Origin: Octopus bimaculoides
Lineage: Eukaryota
Direction of reading: 5' to 3'
Length of the DNA stretch: 32,227 nt
NCBI RefSeq assembly: GCF_001194135.2
Contig: NC_068986.1
Location: 52,743,922-52,776,148 of the forward strand
The notes beneath the pieces were generated by a model that did no database searches, was not told the DNA's origin, and saw nothing but the letters and a program-made list of their open reading frames with translations. Made by a program: the position numbers and the translations under genes. Below are positions 31,351 through 32,227 of this stretch, one piece after another; positions within the stretch are counted from its first letter, which is position 1; each line of letters opens with the position of its first letter.

Positions 31351-32227
31351 AACGTGTAAGTATAAGTGATGAATGTGTGTGCACCCAGGAAATTATATGT
31401 GTACCTATGTGTGTAATTGAGTGCGTATATATAAAGAGAAAGAGAATTAGAATTCGGTAGCTAGGTAGTGAGTGAAAGATTCCTGCGCGGGTGTGCGTAT
31501 GTGTGTGACACCTGATGTTTCTGCATCGTTGTAGCCGCTCAGGCAATAAAAACAATATGATTTCTGATAAAAAATACGAATGGAACTGAACATAGATATT
31601 TTCAACTAAGAGTGATCTGGGAATACACTACCCAGTTTATTTCGTACTAAAGCTGGAAGTCCTCTGCGTAGGCGCTCATCCTGCAAGACGTGACACATAA
31701 AGATTCCTCAAATTACAAACTAATGTCAAAAATTGGGAAAGAATGTCATTCCTCCTCTCGAGGCTCTTTTTCTTTCTTTTATTTTATGTATCTTCTTCAC
31801 TCTGATGAAGCTCCATGTTCCTGATCGGATGTGCTATAGAATATGACGAATATTTTTCACAGAATTTTCTTCGGCAGCGCTCTGGGACAATGGAAGCAGA
31901 AACGGCTAAATATATAGGGATTGACAGTAATCTGCTTCTCCAACATACTGAGAATTCAGAAATAGCAGCCAAAGAACTACTGATTCCAAAACTACAAATT
32001 ATTACTCTAAATTGATAGCGATATTTTTGATACACACAGAACAAAAAACAGTAGAGAAGAGTAAAAAAAAAAAAAACCACCTGCCTTTAGTTAATTTAGT
32101 ACGATCGTTTCACAGTTAAGAGTAAAGAATACTCTATTCTGATCTTCAGCTAAATATTCTAATAAATTTGTTAATGTCTAAATAACTCACGTTAATTTTG
32201 ACAATGCGACATCAATACCACGTGAGG

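Noticed and set aside
31632-31680. Candidate exon DERLRRGLPALVRNKL(G)
   Set aside because: Weak donor (gtagtg) and phase-incompatible with the 29984 exon.
31784-32080. Overlapping 98-aa (-) and 66-aa (+) ORFs
   Set aside because: No recognisable homology or consistent exon boundaries.

Overview
AT-rich, microsatellite-dense eukaryotic DNA from a gapped short-read scaffold (11 N-runs, about 4 kb in total, most flanked by simple repeats). The SINE families and repeat landscape look like those of Octopus; this assignment is from recognition, not a database search. No intact, recognisable protein-coding gene is present, and almost all ORF-track entries are microsatellite or N-run artefacts. Identifiable content: a decayed DD34E Tc1 transposon with an internal inversion and fold-back junctions (8005-9606); the 3' end of an R4/Dong-type RLE non-LTR retrotransposon ending in (AAT)n (4969-5770); a MULE-like element with inverted 15-bp subterminal arrays (11763-13002); a Penelope-like GIY-YIG C-terminal fragment (7671-7875); a 185-bp palindrome whose arms carry the 3' half of a Penelope-type hammerhead motif (1884-2068); and about 17 copies or fragments of four SINE-like families. 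Several minus-strand splice-bounded segments can be chained in phase into two speculative gene fragments, reported at low confidence. I found no convincing new biological system.
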